This document shows positions 60,151-64,000 of a stretch of DNA of 64,000 nucleotides, piece after piece. The notes beneath the pieces are model-generated. The model saw nothing but the letters and a program-made list of their open reading frames with translations. It did no database searches and was not told the origin of the DNA. A program made the position numbers and the translations under genes. Numbering within the stretch: the stretch's first letter is position 1; each line of letters starts with the position of its first letter. The stretch is from Octopus sinensis (taxonomy: Eukaryota), in the NCBI RefSeq assembly GCF_006345805.1, contig NC_043012.1, positions 32,488,001 through 32,552,000 of the forward strand. Direction: 5' to 3'.

Positions 60151-63100
60151 GAAAAAGTTCGTCATGTGTGTGTGAGTGTGTATTCGCTTGTCTTGGAATC
60201 GTTTGACACTTGTGTTTCAACGTCATACAAGTGTTATTCGTTTCCAATCACCATGAAAACACGCCCGACTATAGAGAAACCCTGCTGGGAAATAAGCGAA
60301 CGTTAGCAACAGAAATGGTATCCGGAAAAATCTATAATGAATAGCGTCTAACCCAGACAACCATGTATAAAATGGGTGTTACACACATTGAGAAATATGT
60401 GTATGTGAACAAACACATGGGCATGCTCAGTAATTAAGAGTAACAGAAATTGTTTTGACTCATTCGGGGGGGGGGGAAGTTATTTCTATTTTGCACGTTA
60501 ATTGGAGGTTTGAAATTAACAAAAATAAAATATATATACGGCTTGTCTTTATTCATAATTTTTCACTGTCTTAATTAAATGATACTTTCATTTTACTCAA
60601 GTATTATAATGAAAGGCAAAGACAACTCTGAGTGGTATAACTTAGAACATTGAAACCTAAAGCAAGTAGCTTGCCCCTTCCACTTGTATCATCACTATTA
60701 CCGTTACAACAGTACTAGTCATAGTGATAATAGTTTCTAACGTTGGTACATATTCACACAATTTATAGAGCAGGGATTAGTCAATTGGGTCGATCCAGTA
60801 TATAACTGACATTTGTTTTGATCGTGCATGAAAGGCGAACATTAGCATCAATAAATGAAAGGCAAATTCACCTCGAATGAAAGTATTGTTGCTATACAAT
60901 AGCACCAATTAAAGATGGAGTAAAGGAGAAAGAAAGGAAAAAAGAGCCAGGATTCCGAATCGATGGGATTGAAAAAGACTTAGAAACTGTAGCTTGAATG
61001 TTCCAAGCAATATAATAATCGTCTCTGCTAACCCCAACAACTTTTCACGTCACCGTTAATTGGCTTCGATGCTGGTTTCGATCTGAACGGCTCTGAATAA
61101 TTAACCGAACTCTTATCCAGTCACTGCATCGATAGCAATGTGGGCGGTGCAGCATAAATCAACCCAGTTTTGATAGATCGATAAAGTATATCATGGGCGC
61201 CGGTGGGGAGAGTGTGTTGTGTATGTGTGATAGAGAAGGGAGGAGAGACGAACGGAGATAAATTAAAAAGTGAGAGGAGTGAATGAAGTATAAGAGGAGA
61301 GAAAAAAGTGGTGGAGATAGAGATGATGATGATGATAGTTGTGATGTTGATGGCGGCAATAGTAGTAGTACCAAGCTAAGTAATTATGAAGAAACAATAG
61401 TGACCCATAGCTATCGCTATAGATATATTTATAACTTTGTATCCATCTTTATAAACGTGTGCGTGTATACATGTATTTATAGTGTATGCATGTATGTCTC
61501 GATGTGTTGGTGAGCATGTGGACGTGCAAACGTGCAATGTCGCTTTATATAGACGATCATGACAAGGTGCGAGGTAAAAAAAAAAGCGTTAAGAGCTCGC
61601 AACAAGACGTGTTTTTTTATGCTTTATTAAAACATCAGTAAATATATATTTCCACAGATTCTTATAAACAGTAGCCATATTGTAGTCTTGGGGAAGTGAG
61701 CTTACTAATAATAAAAAATTAAAGGCAGAATTGTTTGTAGTTTTCAGACAAAAGCAAATTTCAGTAGAAAGTAAATAATAGAATGATTTTTTTTTACGTA
61801 AAAAATGTAGTTTCGATGATCGTGTATCTCAGGGGAATTAGCGACCTAAGATATAATTTCTAACAACATAATACCAATACTAATAAAACTGAAGTAATGG
61901 AATGAACACATTTAAAGAAGGTTAAAATGTTACCAAGGGAATGAAGTTGGTAATTAGCAGAAGACAGAAAATTTACTTGAACGAAACATGATTCTGCTTG
62001 ATTAAATATAAACCATTAACTTTTGGCTTAGTTGAATAAATAAATACTTCGGTATATTACTGGCGCTTGTTTTATCAATTCTAAAATGTTACTCAGTTTA
62101 AACTTGGAATTAGATTCAGTAAAGCATCTGGGTCGACGCTCTCTTATAATACACTCCCCCACTGGCCACCACAACAGAAATCATAAAACAAACAATTACA
62201 TCAGTGAAGATGATTTCATATTAATGAAGAGGAGCCGCTACTGCGATCGTGAATTTCTCGAAGTCAATCAAATAACTTCTTAAAAGAAAGTCCTTAGAAT
62301 TATAGGGAAAGTAAATGTAGAACTGTTCATAATTTTTGAGAAAAGAAATCGATTCTCTAAATTTAAATCGACAATTTATTAACAGTTTCCGATTAGGAGC
62401 GCCATACCTCACAGGAAAGGAAAATAGTATATTTCTTAATTTCTTCGGTATTTTCAGTATTCCAATTTCAATCCTAAATTATAATTATTTTTTATTTCAA
62501 ATTTTTTTTTTTACATTTATAACCCCCTTCCCGTATTTTTTTTTCCTTTCCTATAAAGTATGGAGCTCCTAATTAGAATCTCAGTTAATCTATAATTGCA
62601 ATTGCATAACAATGACTGCGTAATTATAACGAAACCTTACGCTATCGACCTCATCTCGTTAAAATTAAACTCACAACATATCACAATAGGTACTGTAAAC
62701 TATCTAAAGCCACTAACCTCTATACTCTACACTCGCGATAATCATTTTACGTGAACAGGAACCTTCAGATGCATGCAGAGACGGAATGGCAAATGTATCA
62801 GTCATATCTCTGTTAATTAAGTGTTTTTAGCGCGAATCAAACGGTTCCATTGGCAAATCGAAATCGGAATCGGATCGACGATGCACTTCACTTAAAACCT
62901 ACCACGGCTTCCGTGAAATTTCCAATATCAGAGAAAGGGAAGCTGAGGTGTTGTTAGTGCAACAACACACCTCTTTGAAGTGTACTAACAAGGGTGAAAT
63001 CAGAACTGCGTGACGAAGGCGATTCGCCGTGAAATTACTGCTTTGAACCAAACATAAAACATGAGTAAACGACATTAAGCGCTGCCTGAAATAGCAGCAA

Positions 63101-63463
63101 ATTCTATTAGAAAGTGAAACCAGATAATTTCGCGCTATTCTGATAAATACTTTCCGAGTATTTTTTCTAAGAGATGATTTTTTAAAAAGTTTTCTTTTTG
63201 TCAATCCATACACATTATATACTACATATGCTCGCTACGTAAGACAGGTTAGGGGTATAAAAAGGTAAAATTAGGGAGACAACAGTTAAGGGGAATAAAC
63301 AAGGGAACCAGAGTAAACAATTCCAGTAAACTACTCCGTCGGAGTCAGCTTCGTCGTTCGATCTTTCGGCATCGATAAAATCTGTATCGATGCAAACGAG
63401 CTTGCTCCATGCCCTAAAAATTGTTGGCCTTGTGCCAAAATTAGAATTATTGTTTGTGTTGTT

Positions 63464-63650
63464 AAGGCGGCGACCAGGCAGATTATTTGGCGCGTTGAAC
63501 GAAATACTTAGCAGCATTACCGTCTGTCTTTTATGTTCTGACTCCAAATTCCGCCGAAGTCGACAGTACCAGTTGAGCACCTGGGATCGATGGCATCGCC
63601 TAGCCCCACTTCCCACAAAATTTCAGACCTTGTGCCCATTGTAGGATGAT
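63464..63650 (+). mobile_element. SINE family A, internally deleted
   Basis: GGCGGCGACCAGGCAGA..CCAAATTCCGCCGAAGTCGAC|AGTACCAGTTGAGCACC. Confidence 0.65.
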
Positions 63651-63724
63651 TAGTATTGTTATTAAGAAAACAAACGAACGAACAAAAATAAAAATTCAAC
63701 AATAAGAGCAACAAGAACACTTAC

Positions 63725-64000
63725 CTTTTTGAAAACATTTTTCCTTTCTCGAAGTTAGGGTATGAATGTTGGCACTGAGACATGGTGGTCACTCCGCGGT
63801 TTAACGCAGATATCATATCAGAAACACGCTTCATTTCTACAGCTGTGGTTCACGCACAGGGGACCAAAGAAACTCGTTCCGCTGACAACATGAAAGGGAT
63901 GGCCTCAGGCGAAATGTTAGTACCCGAGGAATTTGGTGAGAAAAAGTTGCAGACGCGTTTGGCACATGTATCTGTCGGTTTGGTCCACCATGGTAGCGAG
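63725..64000 (-). other. Candidate first exon (probably of ADK) in a CpG-rich promoter-like region; runs off the window edge
   Basis: Perfect donor AAG|GTAAGT at 63724. GC-balanced and CpG-rich. ATGs at 63834 and 63783 (ACCACCATG) open a frame ending in phase 2. Assignment to ADK is inference. Confidence 0.55.

Overview
AT-rich animal genomic DNA, dense in SINEs, LINE remnants, DNA transposons and microsatellites. The repeat families look like those of an octopus or other coleoid cephalopod; this is an inference from repeat style, not a database match. Two host genes are supported, both on the minus strand. (1) MRPL24 (mitochondrial ribosomal protein uL24m): four coding exons found by hand at 26693-26788, 23452-23558, 20850-20992 and 19537-19673. 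They have canonical GT-AG sites, matching phases, a stop codon and AATAAA; the N-terminal coding exon was not found. (2) An adenosine kinase (ADK) whose whole 345-aa CDS is one exon (47302-48339). It is preceded by a strong splice acceptor, candidate upstream exons at about 50111-50253 and 63725-64000, and followed by about 11 kb that is unusually free of transposons. The rest is two tRNA-derived SINE families, many RTE-LINE 3' ends, CR1/L2-type RT remnants, Helitrons (one with a PIF1 helicase fragment), Tc1/mariner and hAT-like remnants, TTAA-flanked MITEs and simple repeats. No CRISPR array, intact tRNA/rRNA gene or prokaryote-type system is present. The best leads are the retrogene-like ADK with in-frame upstream exons blocked by a single UGA, its possible giant 3' UTR or nesting inside MRPL24, a head-to-head Helitron pair bracketed by a 16-18 bp direct repeat, and an inverted duplication beside the last MRPL24 splice acceptor.
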